DNA of 64,000 bases from Octopus sinensis. Its lineage: Eukaryota. A program made the position numbers and the translations under genes. The notes beneath the pieces were generated by a model. That model had not been told where the DNA came from. It searched no databases and worked only from the letters and a program-made list of their open reading frames with translations. The stretch lies in the NCBI RefSeq assembly GCF_006345805.1, contig NC_042998.1, positions 60,140,001 to 60,204,000 of the forward strand, in the 5' to 3' direction. Below, piece by piece: positions 51,814-64,000 of the stretch (positions are counted from its first letter, which is position 1; each line of letters starts with the position of its first letter).

Positions 51814-54769
51814 TTTACGTGTGTATGTGTTGAATCTGATTTTCTGGTGTATTTTTTTGCCCCAAACATCTAGTTTTGTTGTTTTTTTCTTGTGTTTTGT
51901 GTCATGTGAGTGTTTTGCTGCTTTGTGTTGTCTTTATTTGTGTGTGAAAATATTATTGAGGTATAATTACCTTTCAAGCTATTCTATTTTTCGTTCGATA
52001 CAGTCATTGATTTCAGATTGCTTTCATGCTTAATTCTCAACTATATGGTTTCTTCATGGTGCACTTATTAAGGCTTTTTGTGAAGAATATTTATTGTCAG
52101 CCCGACGTTCCATTGGTAACCATCGCATCTCTTTTTATAGCATACTATATGTAGGACTGAATTACCAAGTATATTCATCTAGCACGTTTAAGTTGATTGT
52201 GGGTGAGAGGCATTTTTTGTAATCTAACAGGCTGTAAATCCGTGAAAATAGTAAAATACTATGCAATTCAGTTGAAAACATCACCAGATGAAACACCATG
52301 CTTCATAATAGACCTACATTATTTTCAATTGCAAATTGATCTTACTAAGCGACGTTTTTAAAAGTCATCCATTATACACGAAAATGACAGAAACGCATCG
52401 GGTAAAGTGCAAGATGATCAGAACAAATCACCTAAAATGAATTGCTCTTTAATTCTCTCATTAATGGGATTTGAGTGATCAATAAAAATATTCTCAAATT
52501 GGATATACAGTGTCACATACTTTTAGCCTCTCAAAACACTTGTACAACTTATCATGTCTTATGTAATTAATCATCGCAAAATCTTACTCTAAATAACAAT
52601 ATGCCAAATCCAACGTTTATTATAACCACTTATCAGAATATCAACATAAATATACACAACAGGCAAAAGAAAAATGCATTGCAAGATATTTCGACAATAT
52701 TTACAATTCATGTAGAATATTTAATAAATAAAACAGACGATGCACCCTCACTCATGAGTCTTCGCCAACATGAAGGGAAAAATTATCATTATGCTAAAAG
52801 CTCTTCATTTGAATCAACTGCTCTTGCTTGGATACCAAATATTTCTACAAATCAAGACAAGCAACAAATAACCACCAACGCAAATTAACATACTTTGCCA
52901 AATTGCTGGCTGCACGGTGTCAACATCCGCGTATCCTCAGGACAACGAAACAAATCTATTGATACACGGATTTGTTTTTGCAGTAATGTATTTCCTTCTA
53001 CTCCATGCACAGTCATAAGAGAATTAACTCCTTCCCCCGAAATTGCTGGCCTTGTGCCAAAATTTGAAACCAATATTTATAATTTGAAGTACTATGACTA
53101 AGATGCTAAAGAGAAAATATTCAAATTTCTACATGATTATGCACTTAAGAGTCATATTTTACTATATGAATATTCAGGCTAACAAATACATAAGATACTA
53201 TGAATACTTGACTAATCTTCTAGATAGATTCAGTTAAAGTAATCCATTGCAGTAAATGAAATTGTTGTATTATTACATTTTTAATAAGCCTACAATTTTA
53301 TGAGTTATTATTGTAACGCATATATAAGGCGGTGGGTATTTTTTTATTTTTCTCCCACACTCATTTATTAGAAATATCATCTCTAGTTTCAAGAACTGCA
53401 CTGTGCGGTTCATCATTAGGATATTGTACATTTAATTGCCAACTTAGTATTAATACTAAAATACTTAAATATACGTGTATATATGTATCGTGCAGTGTAT
53501 TGAGTTCAAGCAAACACAACAGATATGTACTTGAAAATGATTGTATATGTTACTGGCTGAATTTCAGTCCAACTATGATTGCTAGCATCGATAAAGTTAA
53601 GAGAGGAATGTGTTATTTATTATAAATCGTAATCTGTGGACAGTACCGTCGTTGGTTACAGATTTCCACCAGGTCAATCATTGGTTGACTGTATTTCTGA
53701 CGATAAGAGTGACAGAAAATCTTGGGTATATGCCCACACTGAAGATTTCGTCAGTGTGGGCATACATTTTCTTATGATTACATTTATTTTCTTATTAAAA
53801 GGCAAATATTCTAAACAATAATTGAAAATATATCTCATTTATCAATTTTCTTTTGCCATATTAAAATTATAAACAGTTGTTTAAAATATGTTATCTAAAT
53901 TTTTCGACAAGTACCTTTTACTGAATTTAATGTCGACTAATATGTTCCGATTAATTTTTCTTTGAAACAGTTTAACGCTTCTTCGAAAATTATCTTTGTA
54001 TGAATATGTCTTTATATGTATATGATTTCAACTGTTATTTCAGCCACTACCCTTTCGACTTAAATACGTTTCGACTCAATATGTTTTCGATGAATTTGTC
54101 TAATCTTCTCATCGCAGCCAGTAAACTTTCAACAAAAACAATGTAATGATGACCATATCGACTTTTTGAAAGGGGAAATGTTAGTCTGTATTGCCTAATA
54201 CATCATTTCCATATTTGAATAGCGTGTTGTTTAGGGGGAGAATAAGACGCTATTTCTAGCAGGTTGATCAATTTCTATATAACGTTTTTTAGTCAAGTAA
54301 TTTTGATTATTTATTATTAAACTGGTGTCATAAGATGTGTATTACTAGTTTTCGTAGAAGAAATCACTTGATGGCAGCAACTTCTAAGAAACAAATCTAA
54401 AATGCGACTGAAATCACAATTATTCCGCAGCTAGTACTAACAACACTCCCACCAAAATAATCAAATATAGTGTCATATATACATAATCGATAATCCATTA
54501 ACGTTAAGTATGTTACATAATTAATTATGTGAAATCAATAATAACGTTTGAAATATTTAAGATTTTAAAAATATTTTTAGATCTCCTGTAATTATAACTG
54601 TTTGAATAATAGACCTAGAATATTTCATTTGACCACTAACGTGTTTGCTTTCCGTTTCTCTTTTATTTTATTTTACTTTAGTTTAGTTTAGCTTGTACGA
54701 ACTGAGATTTAGAATAGAACTGTCCAGCACGTGAAGAATAAAACCAAGTATAAAACAAGCTTATATTAT

Positions 54770-55160
54770 TTTATCCTTTTATTTGTTTCAGCCATTTGAC
54801 TGCGGCTATGCTGGAGCACTGACTTAGAGGATTTTTAGTCGAAGAATTCGCCCCCTGGACTTATTCTTTGTAAGCCTAGTACTTATTCTGTCCGTGACTT
54901 TTGCCGAACTGCTAAGTTACAGAGACGTAGACACACCAACATTGTTTTCAAGCGATGGATGGGGCAAACACAGACACACACACACACATATACACACGAC
55001 AGACTACCTTTAGTTTATGTTTACGAAATCCACTCACAATACTTTGGTCGGCCCAAGGCGATAGTAAAAGACACTTGCCCAAGATGCCACGCAGTGAGAC
55101 GGAACCTGGAAACATGTGGTTGGGAAGCAAGCTCCTTACCACACAGCCACGCCTGCGCCT
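54770..55160 (-). mobile_element. SINE, near full length
   Basis: Reverse complement of the family head (cttaccacacagccacgcctgcgcct) and body. Confidence 0.85.
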
Positions 55161-55688
55161 CTATGTTGAAAAATGAACTGTGATCAACCCACTCGAGGCT
55201 TAGAAATTATGTTTTCGTCACATCCGAAACCCACTTTATTAAACTAATTTTCATCGACGCAAACTATTCCATATTACTAGACACACTATTTTTTGTTTGT
55301 ACTCGCCTCCATATCAAACCTGGTCAGAGTCACGTTCCAAGGTATTCAATTCATTATCATTCAGTCATTTTGAGACTACTTTATTCATTGGATATTTCGT
55401 TGCTAAGTTTAGAAGATGGAACAACTACAAAGAATTTCGTTCATTTGCTCGGGGTTATCAGGTCGAATATTTTTATTTGTCGGTGCCAGATATGAATATT
55501 AATGAATTAATGCCTCTTCTGAGATTCTTTTATTAATTCTTCTATGAATCCATTCAATTTCACTGTCCCTTAAAAATGTCATATCACCAAATTCCATCTA
55601 TGGAAGAATTCTGTAGCAAATTAAAAACCAAGAGTAGCAGCAAGCCATACATACACACCCTCATACACACACACATATGTATATATAA

Positions 55689-55738
<50 letters not shown>

Positions 55739-55740
<2 letters not shown>

Positions 55741-55995
55741 AGGCGCAATGGCCCAGTGCTTAGGGCAGCGGACTCGCGGTTGTAGGACTGCGGTTTCGAT
55801 TCCCAGGCCGGCCGTTGTGAGTGTCTATTGAGCGAAAACACCTGAAGCTTCACGAGGCTCCGGCGGGGGGGGGCCGATCCCTGCTGTACTCTTTCGCCAC
55901 AACTTTCTCTCACTCTTTCTTCTGTTGGCCTGCTCGCTTAGCCAGCGAAGTAGCGTCATTTGAAGGCTAAAACAATACGAAGCGCATAGTGACCA
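55739..55995 (+). mobile_element. tRNA-derived SINE (fourth type), relatively well preserved
   Basis: ggaggcgcaatggcccagtgcttagggc (A box-like) and ggtttcgattcccagg (B box-like), followed by a GC-rich body. Confidence 0.75.
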
Positions 55996-56015
55996 TATAT
56001 ATATATATCACGGTA

Positions 56016-56049
<34 letters not shown>

Positions 56050-56239
56050 GTGTGTGTCCTTGTACTGTTTTTTTGTACACTGATGATTTCTACCAAAGAT
56101 ATTTTAAAATGTAAGATTATATAATTAAGTTTTGTAGTTTTATTTTTGGTTGGGAAATGAAATAATTGTAGGGGAAGATGTTAATTAATTTGTATCCACT
56201 AGATCTCTCCATTTTCAAACCTAATAATAATTATATATA

Positions 56240-57286
56240 TCTTTATATATATATAAAACTGAGAATGTGTGTCTGTCTGTCTGTCTGTGTGTTTCCCTAA
56301 AACTTGAGAACTACACAACCAATTTCATTCAAATTTTACACATGCTTTACTTAGGGTCCATGTAGTTTCATGGGCAAAAAAAATGTTCAACTTCTTGCCT
56401 AGAGCGAGCCCATAGCAATATCATATCTTCTCCACTATTTCAGTATTACGTGTTAAAAGTGAAACAAAAACATTTCTCTATTTTATGTCAGATATTTTCA
56501 CTTTAACAATAAAAATAATAATAACAATTGCATTATATGTAGTAAGTAATAATTAAAATCAAACTAAAGTATAATATAATCGTAACATAATAAAAGTAAA
56601 AATAGCAATTGGTATAAAATTGCATCAATGACTTGAACTTGAATAAGTGGTTTCACATGAATGGGAATAAATTAAAAATAAAATTAGCGTGCAGAAATGG
56701 AATAGTCCAGATGGATAATAAAAAATTAAATTAAAGAAAAGACTATTGTCCATAAAGTATACAATGTAGAGAAAAAGAATATTTGAACACATGGAGGAAA
56801 GCAACTTCGAAAAGTGTCTTGGTGCGACTATGAAAGATATCTAATCAGAGGCGGTAAATTCGCCACAATAGAAGCAAGGTTCGAGTCACCGGAGCGTGCA
56901 AGGAAGTACTCGACTCGAACTTGCAAAGTGGAAAAATTTCATTTTTACCTTTATATCTGGGACGTAGGACGTCCCGGAAAAAAAAGTTTTAAATGCACCC
57001 CCAAACCCACCCCTCACCCCCGAAGTAGAGGTAGGCTGGATTGCAGCTACACTTCTATACAAGAGCGAGGACAAGATACAATTGATTGAAATTACAAGAG
57101 ACAGGCTAACAATTCCAGTCTGTTATATATTTTGAGTATTGTTATCACTAGCGATATCAAGATATAACTTTGTATTTTATGTGTAGATGTATATATATAG
57201 ATGTACATGTAATATGTACACATATATATACACATATATACATGCACTAGCACTATGACCCGGCAACGACGGGTCTTTAATGCTAG
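56240..57286 (+). mobile_element. Helitron D: 1047-bp non-autonomous element with both termini
   Basis: A|TC at 56240. Hairpin gacccg-gcaacga-cgggtc (57257-57275), then CTAG|T at 57283-57286. Confidence 0.88.
56739..57120 (+). pseudogene. Fragment of a third ORF1-like gene, inside Helitron D
   Basis: Across frameshifts: KTIVHKVYNVEKK, EESNFEKCLG, YLIRGGKFATIEARFESPERA, FLPLYLGRR, PEVEVGWIAA. These blocks are collinear with those in E1 and E2. Confidence 0.7.
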
Positions 57287-57344
57287 TATATATATATATA
57301 TATACGAGATTGAGATATTACACTCAATATATATATATACATTT

Positions 57345-57670
57345 TATCTTTTGCTTGTTTCTTTTACTAGACTGCAGCCATGGGCACCGCCCTGGAGAGC
57401 TGTTTTAGCCAAACTGCTAAGTTACGGGGGCATACTATCACCAACACTGGTTGTCAAGTGGTGGTTAGGGACAAACACAGACACAAAAAAACACACATAT
57501 AGATATACGACGAGCTCCTTTCGGTTTCCGTCAACCAAATCCATTCTGGAAGCATTGGTCAGCTCGGGAATATGAGAGAAGATACTTGTCCAAGGTGCCA
57601 AGCAATGGGACTGAACTCGGAAACATGTGGTTGAGAAGCAAGCTTCTTACCACACAGCCACCGCTGCGCC
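57345..57670 (-). mobile_element. SINE, near full length
   Basis: Reverse-complement family head (cttaccacacagccaccgctgcgcct) and body. Confidence 0.85.
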
Positions 57671-57744
<74 letters not shown>

Positions 57745-58289
57745 TGTTGTGCATGTATGTATGTACGTATAATATATTTGTATGGTCATTACTGTGAAAT
57801 ATATTGGTCATTTACAGAATACATGTCTAAGTTCATACCAAGCTCTCACCAATTTCTCCTCTACACTTTAGGTTCTCTTCCCTCTGCGTTAAAGGACACG
57901 ATTTATATGTAACTAAATGCAACAAAATATTTAGTACATTTTTTTTACGGATTTTTCCAACTCTCTTTGAAATTAGCCGATCAAAATCCATAGATTAGTG
58001 CACAATAAGAAACAGAAGTCTCTCTTCTCTTCTTTGTCAGTCTCTAACCAAACTGAAATTTTCCACTATCTTCCTCCCTACTCACTCTTTGATGTTGCTC
58101 AACCAGTTGTTGTCCTTCAGACACCCCTTTTTACCCTTGCATTTGTTTATGTATGACCCTTTTTGCTGGAGTTAATGTGTCATAAAAACCATGTTTTATA
58201 TCCAAACCATTTATTTATTGACCTTTTAACAATTAACAAAAGTTTAATAGTTCGCTCTCTTTACAATTACTTTCCAATAATTTTCGCAA

Positions 58290-59310
58290 ATTCGGTGTTC
58301 TCAACATAAAATGCAAAGCATACTTTTGTAACAGTTTATTTGAAGGGCTAGTATCTTTATCTCACTTTCAACATCTAATGACCATGATTCGTAACCATAT
58401 GGTGCAGTACAAATAATTGCTCTTAAAAATTGAATTGTTTCAAAATTAATTTGAATTTTCATTAAAAGGCACTTGCTACTGCAATCCAGCATTTTATTTT
58501 CTCCTTTTATTTCACATCCTCCGTTTATTATTTTTCCTCAATATTTAAATTCATCGTCTTGTACAAGCACATCCCATGCAATTTCGATTTTATTGACTAT
58601 AGTTATTTTTTCATTTCTTTTTATTATTCATCATTATTTTGTCCTTCCGGCACTTGTTTCCATTTCATATTTTCTAGCAGTCATATCTAGAAATGCTTTT
58701 AGATCTCTAACTTTTCCATTTTATCTAATCAATTCAATATCATCTTCAAAACGTGGATTACTCATTTTTCTGTCTGTTACAATTTCCTTAAAAAAACTCA
58801 GTTGTTTCACTCATTATGTATTCCATAAATACATTGAAATGTTTTCGTGAAAGATTACAACCTTGTCTATCAACAACTGTCTTGTGAGTTTTCAATTAAA
58901 ACTACAGTTTTTACATACTCATGTAATAGCTTTATTACATTTGTTATTGGTTGGCTTATGATGTATTCTTTCGTAATAATGCATTGTGCCCAATGACACT
59001 AACAGTCAAACGCTTTCATTTTATCAGGAATATGAACGAATGGGAAACTTCCTCTATATTGTTAACATCACATCTACACTACAGTGTTTCCTGTTCCTGT
59101 AAATCAGCCTGTTCCATTAAGTATCATTATTTTTATTGAGGGTTTCATTAGTGCGAATAACGCATATAGCCAAGCCTTGCTTAAATAGTTGATTAAAATG
59201 ACTGTGCGGTGGCTTATGATCCTTTTGGTATTATTGTTCTTTGGCGTTACCATTACAACTGATCCTGTCAACTTCTCATGACCATTCACCAGTTCTTAAA
59301 GTACTATTCC
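58290..59310 (-). mobile_element. Decayed RTE-clade LINE RT fragment
   Basis: RQGCNLS..HFNVFMEYIM, NPRFEDDI (from NLRYADD), LRAII...YGYESWSL...LQINCYKSMLCI. Confidence 0.7.
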
Positions 59311-59384
59311 AAATTATACAAAGAAAGTAAGTGACGTATTACTGACGTATTACTGAATTTGACCTTGCGTTGTATATTGCAGTC

Positions 59385-59720
59385 ATTTTGGGTTGGTGCT
59401 TCCTCTGATAATCTTAACTTACTTGATGGAATTCAGAATCGAGTTGTTAACATAATGGTCCCTCTTCTTTCTTTTCAGTTGGGGGTCTTTGGCTCATCGC
59501 CGAAATGTATCTACGTCAGGTCTGTTCTATAAGTATTTCCATGGTTCTTGCTCTGATTAACTTTCTAATCAAGTTCTTTCTGTGAAGACCTTTAAAGTGT
59601 CACCCGCTTCTCCTCCTAGGCACATTGTTTCTTCTATTGAGCTTCCTGTCTTTTCATTTCTTCTAAAAGCTTCTTTCCTCAAACTACTGTTCTCTGGAAC
59701 TTACAGCTACTGTCTAGTTT
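59385..59720 (+). mobile_element. Decayed CR1/Jockey-like LINE 3' fragment
   Basis: GAS...LLDGIQNRVVNI, AHRRNVS, LFYKYFHGSCS. Resembles 27000-27300. Confidence 0.6.
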
Positions 59721-59786
59721 TCTGCTGTTCTATGATATTCTGCCCTTTAAATTTATCAGTCAACATATTTTGAAGTTGTAAGCTCC

Positions 59787-59849
<63 letters not shown>

Positions 59850-60416
59850 GAGTGAGAGAGCAGTGCATGACATCAATGGGACACTGGGGTATAAATATAC
59901 GAAGCCCAGTATACCCATCATGACTACACATCTGATAAGGGTACGCTAAGCACATGCATCACAACCATATGTGCGCGACATGGTGATCTCATATCAAGAT
60001 AAACAGCACATGACCTCGCAGGTGAGGCCCAGTTAAAAATGTCTTCTGATCGAGTAGCCTATCCCCCTCAAAAGGCACCTGAATGAGAATTGTTTAATGC
60101 TGTTGAAACACCCATGTTTCCAAAGGCGAATTATTCAAACCTCCAAGAATTCCTTTCAACACACGGCTATGATGCTCTGCCACTACTTTTGCTTGTGATC
60201 AGAGATGCACATATTGTCAGCCACTAAGGGACATGCTCAACTGACTAAGGTCAAACAACTGACAAGTATCTGTACTATTTTAGACACTCATCAGATCTAT
60301 AATAATAATAATGATGATGATGACAATAATGATGATGATAATAATAATAATATATGTATATATATATATATACATATATAATAATGATAATAATAATAAC
60401 AATAATAATAAGAAGA

Positions 60417-60531
60417 AGAACATTTTCCATACAATAACCATCAGAGCATCACAACAAATCACAGCACATACCCAAGGCACACAGAGCTGCGCTCGGTAGT
60501 GAAGTGAAAGCACGCTATAAAAATAAAACTA

Positions 60532-60535
<4 letters not shown>
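60417..60535 (+). mobile_element. ~120-bp 3' tail of the family-1 R4/Dong-like LINE
   Basis: Matches 63274-63391 and the reverse complement of 5687-5800. Followed by (AAT)n. Confidence 0.85.
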
Positions 60536-60567
<32 letters not shown>

Positions 60568-60604
60568 TAATAATAATAATAATAATATAATAATAATAAT
60601 ATAA

Positions 60605-60994
60605 AGAAAATATAAAGACCTACTCATTGAAATTGAGAAAATGTGGCATCTCAAGGCGGTTACAATACCAGTGATCGTAGGAGCACTAGAAATGATCAAG
60701 AAGGGAACCGAAAATTATATGAGAATGATCCCTGGCTTACCATCCCTGCAAGAAGTGCAAAAGATTGTCTTAACTGGTACATCACACGTATTGAGAAGAG
60801 CATTGTCGATGTGAGAACTGTTGCTGCTCATGTATTTTAATTTTAATTTAACTTTAAAAAAAATTTTTTTTAAATTAACGAACTACTGAGTTTGGTTTAA
60901 TGGCCTACCAATATACACTATGAGTTTCTTTGCCCTAGGAGTCGGGAAGACACTCGGCAAGAAATGGAAGAAAATTTGAAAGAAGAAAAAAAAA

Positions 60995-60995
<1 letters not shown>
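60605..60995 (+). mobile_element. 5'-truncated R4/Dong-like LINE, family 2 (RLE C-terminus and 3' UTR)
   Basis: KYKDLLIEIEKMWHLKAVTIPVIVGAL...SHVLRRALSM* (60608-60814). The 3' UTR differs from family 1. Flanked by (AAT)n. Confidence 0.8.
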
Positions 60996-61041
<46 letters not shown>

Positions 61042-61046
<5 letters not shown>

Positions 61047-63391
61047 ACAACCAAAAAAAAGGAGTATTAAAACAACAAACTCAGCATCTGAGCAATTTTG
61101 GACCCCCATAACAACTGAAGAGGTCACCCAGGCACTGCAAAGACTAAGCAACTCGAAGGCACCTGGGTATTACAAGATCCCCAACTTCTGGTTGAAATAT
61201 CTAACAGGAATGCACAAAAAGCTGGCTGAAAACTTTAACAACATACTAACAGAGCCAGAGACAATGCCTGAATGGCTCACGAAGGGGAAAACCATCTTAA
61301 TTCCCAAATCAAATGAGACAGCAAAACCAGAAAACTACAGACCAATAACCTGTCTCCCTACAATGTACAAGGCATTTACTGCAGTGATATCGCAAAGGTT
61401 GGACAAGCACCTGGACGAAAACAACCTGTTTCCAGAAGAGCAGAAAGGATGCCGCAAAGGCTCATATGGCTGTAAAGATCAACTAATGATTAATAAAGCC
61501 ATAACTGAAGACAGCTACAGAAAGAAGAAAGGCCTCAGAATGGCCTGGATCGACTACAAAAAGGCGTTTGATAGCATGGCTCTGTCACCTCTATCTGATA
61601 TGCTAAATAGAACTGGAAGCGGATATAAATGTTACGGCAAAACGATCATATATGGATGACCTAAAACTATACGCTGCAAATGACAAACAGCTGGAAACAT
61701 TATTAATGACAGTTCATGGATTTACCAAAGAAATATATATGAAATTTGGATTAGAAAAATGCGCCAAAGTAAGCCTGAAAAGAGGAAAACTAGTTAAGAG
61801 TAGCAACATCACACTAGATAAAACCAATGAAATAAAAGCCAAACTTACAAATACTTAGGAATCCATGAACTAGATAAGACACAACACACACAAATGAAAG
61901 AGAAAATAAAAAAAAATATTATAGACGAGTTTAGATCAATACTAAAAACAGAGCTCAATGCTAAAAACAAGATAATAGGTATTAACACTTTAGCTGTCCC
62001 AGTTATATGTTACAGCTACAATATCCTTAACTGGACACTAAATGAACTGACCAAAATAGACCGGAAAACAAGAAAAATAATGACAGGATCTAGGATGCAT
62101 CACCCAAAATCTGACATAGAAAGACTATATATACAACGTATAGAAGGTGGTAGAGGCCTTATACAGCTGGAAAACCACTATAAAATAACCACCATAGGAC
62201 TGCAAAAATATCTACTTCAGAATGAAGGAAAACTGATACAAATAGCGGCAAAACACGATCAAAACAAAAAACTGTTCTCAGTATTTAAGGAAGCTGACAA
62301 ATACAAACAAGAAATCATACCACCTAATAAATATGAAGAAGAAGAAGAAGAAGAAGAAGAAAGAAGAAGAAGAAGAAGAAGAAGAAGAAGAAGAAGAAGA
62401 AGAAGAAGAAGAAGAAGAAGAAGAAGAAGAAGAAGAAGAAGAAGAAGAAGAAGAAAAAGAAGAAAGAATAAAAGCTATAAAACAAATGAAATCCAAACTA
62501 AAAATAGAACAGCAACGAACCATGATAAAACGATGGCAAGAAAATCCCCTTCATGGTAAATACTGGACTAAACTAAACGCAAAAGAAATAGACAAAGAAA
62601 AATCCTAGCAATGGTTGAGAAGCTCAGGACTCAAAGCAGAGACAGAGGGATTTTTGATTGCAGCACAAGACCAAAGCCTACCCACCAGAAATTACCAAAA
62701 ACATATAATGAAAAGAAATATAACAAGTAACTGCAGAATATGTGGAGATGGACAAGAAACAATAAATCATATTATCTCTGGCTGCCCAGTCCTGGCTAAG
62801 AAGGAATATATTCACAGACATGACAGAGTTGGAACCTACATACACTGGAAGTTATGCCAACATTATGGAATAACAACAGAAAAAAGATGGTATAGGCACA
62901 CACCAGAAAAGGTCACAGAAACGAAAAGCAACCATCTCTGGGATATGCCGATAAACACAGATAGATAATTAAGGCCAACAGACCAGAATAGTTGTCAGAT
63001 CATGAAGAAAAAAATGCATTCTAATCGATGTATTAATATCGGCAGATGACAACGTGTCTCTAAAAGAAATGGAGAAACTTTCAAAGTACAAAGACCTGGA
63101 AATAGAGGTAACCAGAATGTGGAATCTAAAAACAGAAACAATTCCTATCATAGTAGGTGCATTAGGCATGATAAAAAAATATTCAGACAAATGCATAACA
63201 AAAACACCAGGACTTACAAACACATAAAACACACAGAAAATTGCACTACTAGGCACAGCACACATCCTACGCAGAACACTTTCCATACAATAACCATCAG
63301 AGCATCACAACAAATCACAGCACATACCTAAGGCACACAGAGCTACGCTCGGTAGTGAAGGGAAAGCACGCTATAAAAATAAAACTACTGA
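61042..63391 (+). mobile_element. 5'-truncated R4/Dong-like LINE, family 1, with an internal ~196-bp RT deletion
   Basis: NYRPITCLPTMYK, AWIDYKKAFDS joined directly to ALSPLSDML (GIFQGD block missing), YMDD, CRICG..ETINHIISGCPVLAKKEYIHRHD. High similarity to 5687-8240. Confidence 0.92.
62335..62463 (+). repeat. (GAA)n microsatellite inside the LINE coding region
   Basis: About 40 units with an extra A near 62361 that shifts the frame. Homologous position to 6618-6728. Confidence 0.95.
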
Positions 63392-63807
63392 ATAGTAATG
63401 AAAATATTAATGAAATGAATGTCTGCATATTAAATTATAATAATTATCAAATAAATATAGAAAAATACGTGTTATAACAATAAATAATCAAAATACATTT
63501 AACAAAATTACTTAAAATATAACTATAACTTATCTTAGCGAATAATTTCTGTTAACTAAAATTTTAAACTAATACGTAGAACTATTTACTACTATTTACT
63601 ATTCATTGTTTATGTACTTTATTGATTTTTAGAATAAGGTTTTTATATTTTTTTCTTCTATATGGTGTGAATAACGTCTTTCACTGCTGAATTGCTTAAT
63701 AGAGGCTTTTCTCTAAATTATATACATATATTATATGTGAAATTTGATTTAGAATTGCTAAATTGAATTATTCTCTGTAATTTGGAATATATTTCCCTCT
63801 TCTTCTT

Positions 63808-63838
<31 letters not shown>

Positions 63839-63854
63839 TTTAATTATTATTATA

Positions 63855-63895
<41 letters not shown>

Positions 63896-63900
63896 TATTA

Positions 63901-63933
<33 letters not shown>

Positions 63934-64000
63934 GTATATATATATTATATTATATATATATATATAATATATATATATATATGCATGTATATATATATGT

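Noticed and set aside
52601-53101. Possible decayed pseudogene (e.g. YFAKLLAARCQHPRILRTTK)
   Set aside because: Stops in all frames and no family I can name with confidence.
55739-55815. tRNA-like sequence with A and B boxes
   Set aside because: It does not close into a full cloverleaf and continues into a SINE body, so it is called a SINE head rather than a tRNA gene.

Overview
AT-rich eukaryotic DNA saturated with microsatellites ((TA)n, (TG)n, (TATG)n, (ATCT)n, (TAA)n, (GAA)n) and transposons. The SINE families and repeat landscape suggest a coleoid cephalopod such as Octopus; this is inference from memory, not a search result. I found no host protein-coding exon I can support, and most short ORFs in the supplied track are microsatellite translations or antisense shadows of TE ORFs. 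Contents: (1) Five Helitron copies. One is a near-intact 6.6-kb RepHel element (9560-16157, minus) with STPR-like repeats and only three frame lesions, joined head-to-tail to a composite derivative carrying a 160-bp tandem array. (2) Several R4/Dong-like RLE LINEs, most of them in (TAA)n arrays, including a stack of three at 60.4-63.4 kb. (3) Decayed CR1/Jockey-like, RTE and Tc1/mariner copies and many tRNA-derived SINEs. (4) Most notably, two TSD-bounded retroelements of 1.7 and 1.9 kb (45424-47100, 48519-50440). They encode only an ORF1-like protein (RRM-like fold plus CCHC knuckle) with no endonuclease or RT. They share a 3' terminal motif with each other and with a local SINE, and a third ORF1 fragment lies inside a small Helitron. 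Also present are a perfect 82-bp-arm palindrome (39201-39377) and a 984-bp near-perfect tandem duplication. Coordinates were read by eye and may be off by a few bases, more at decayed element ends.
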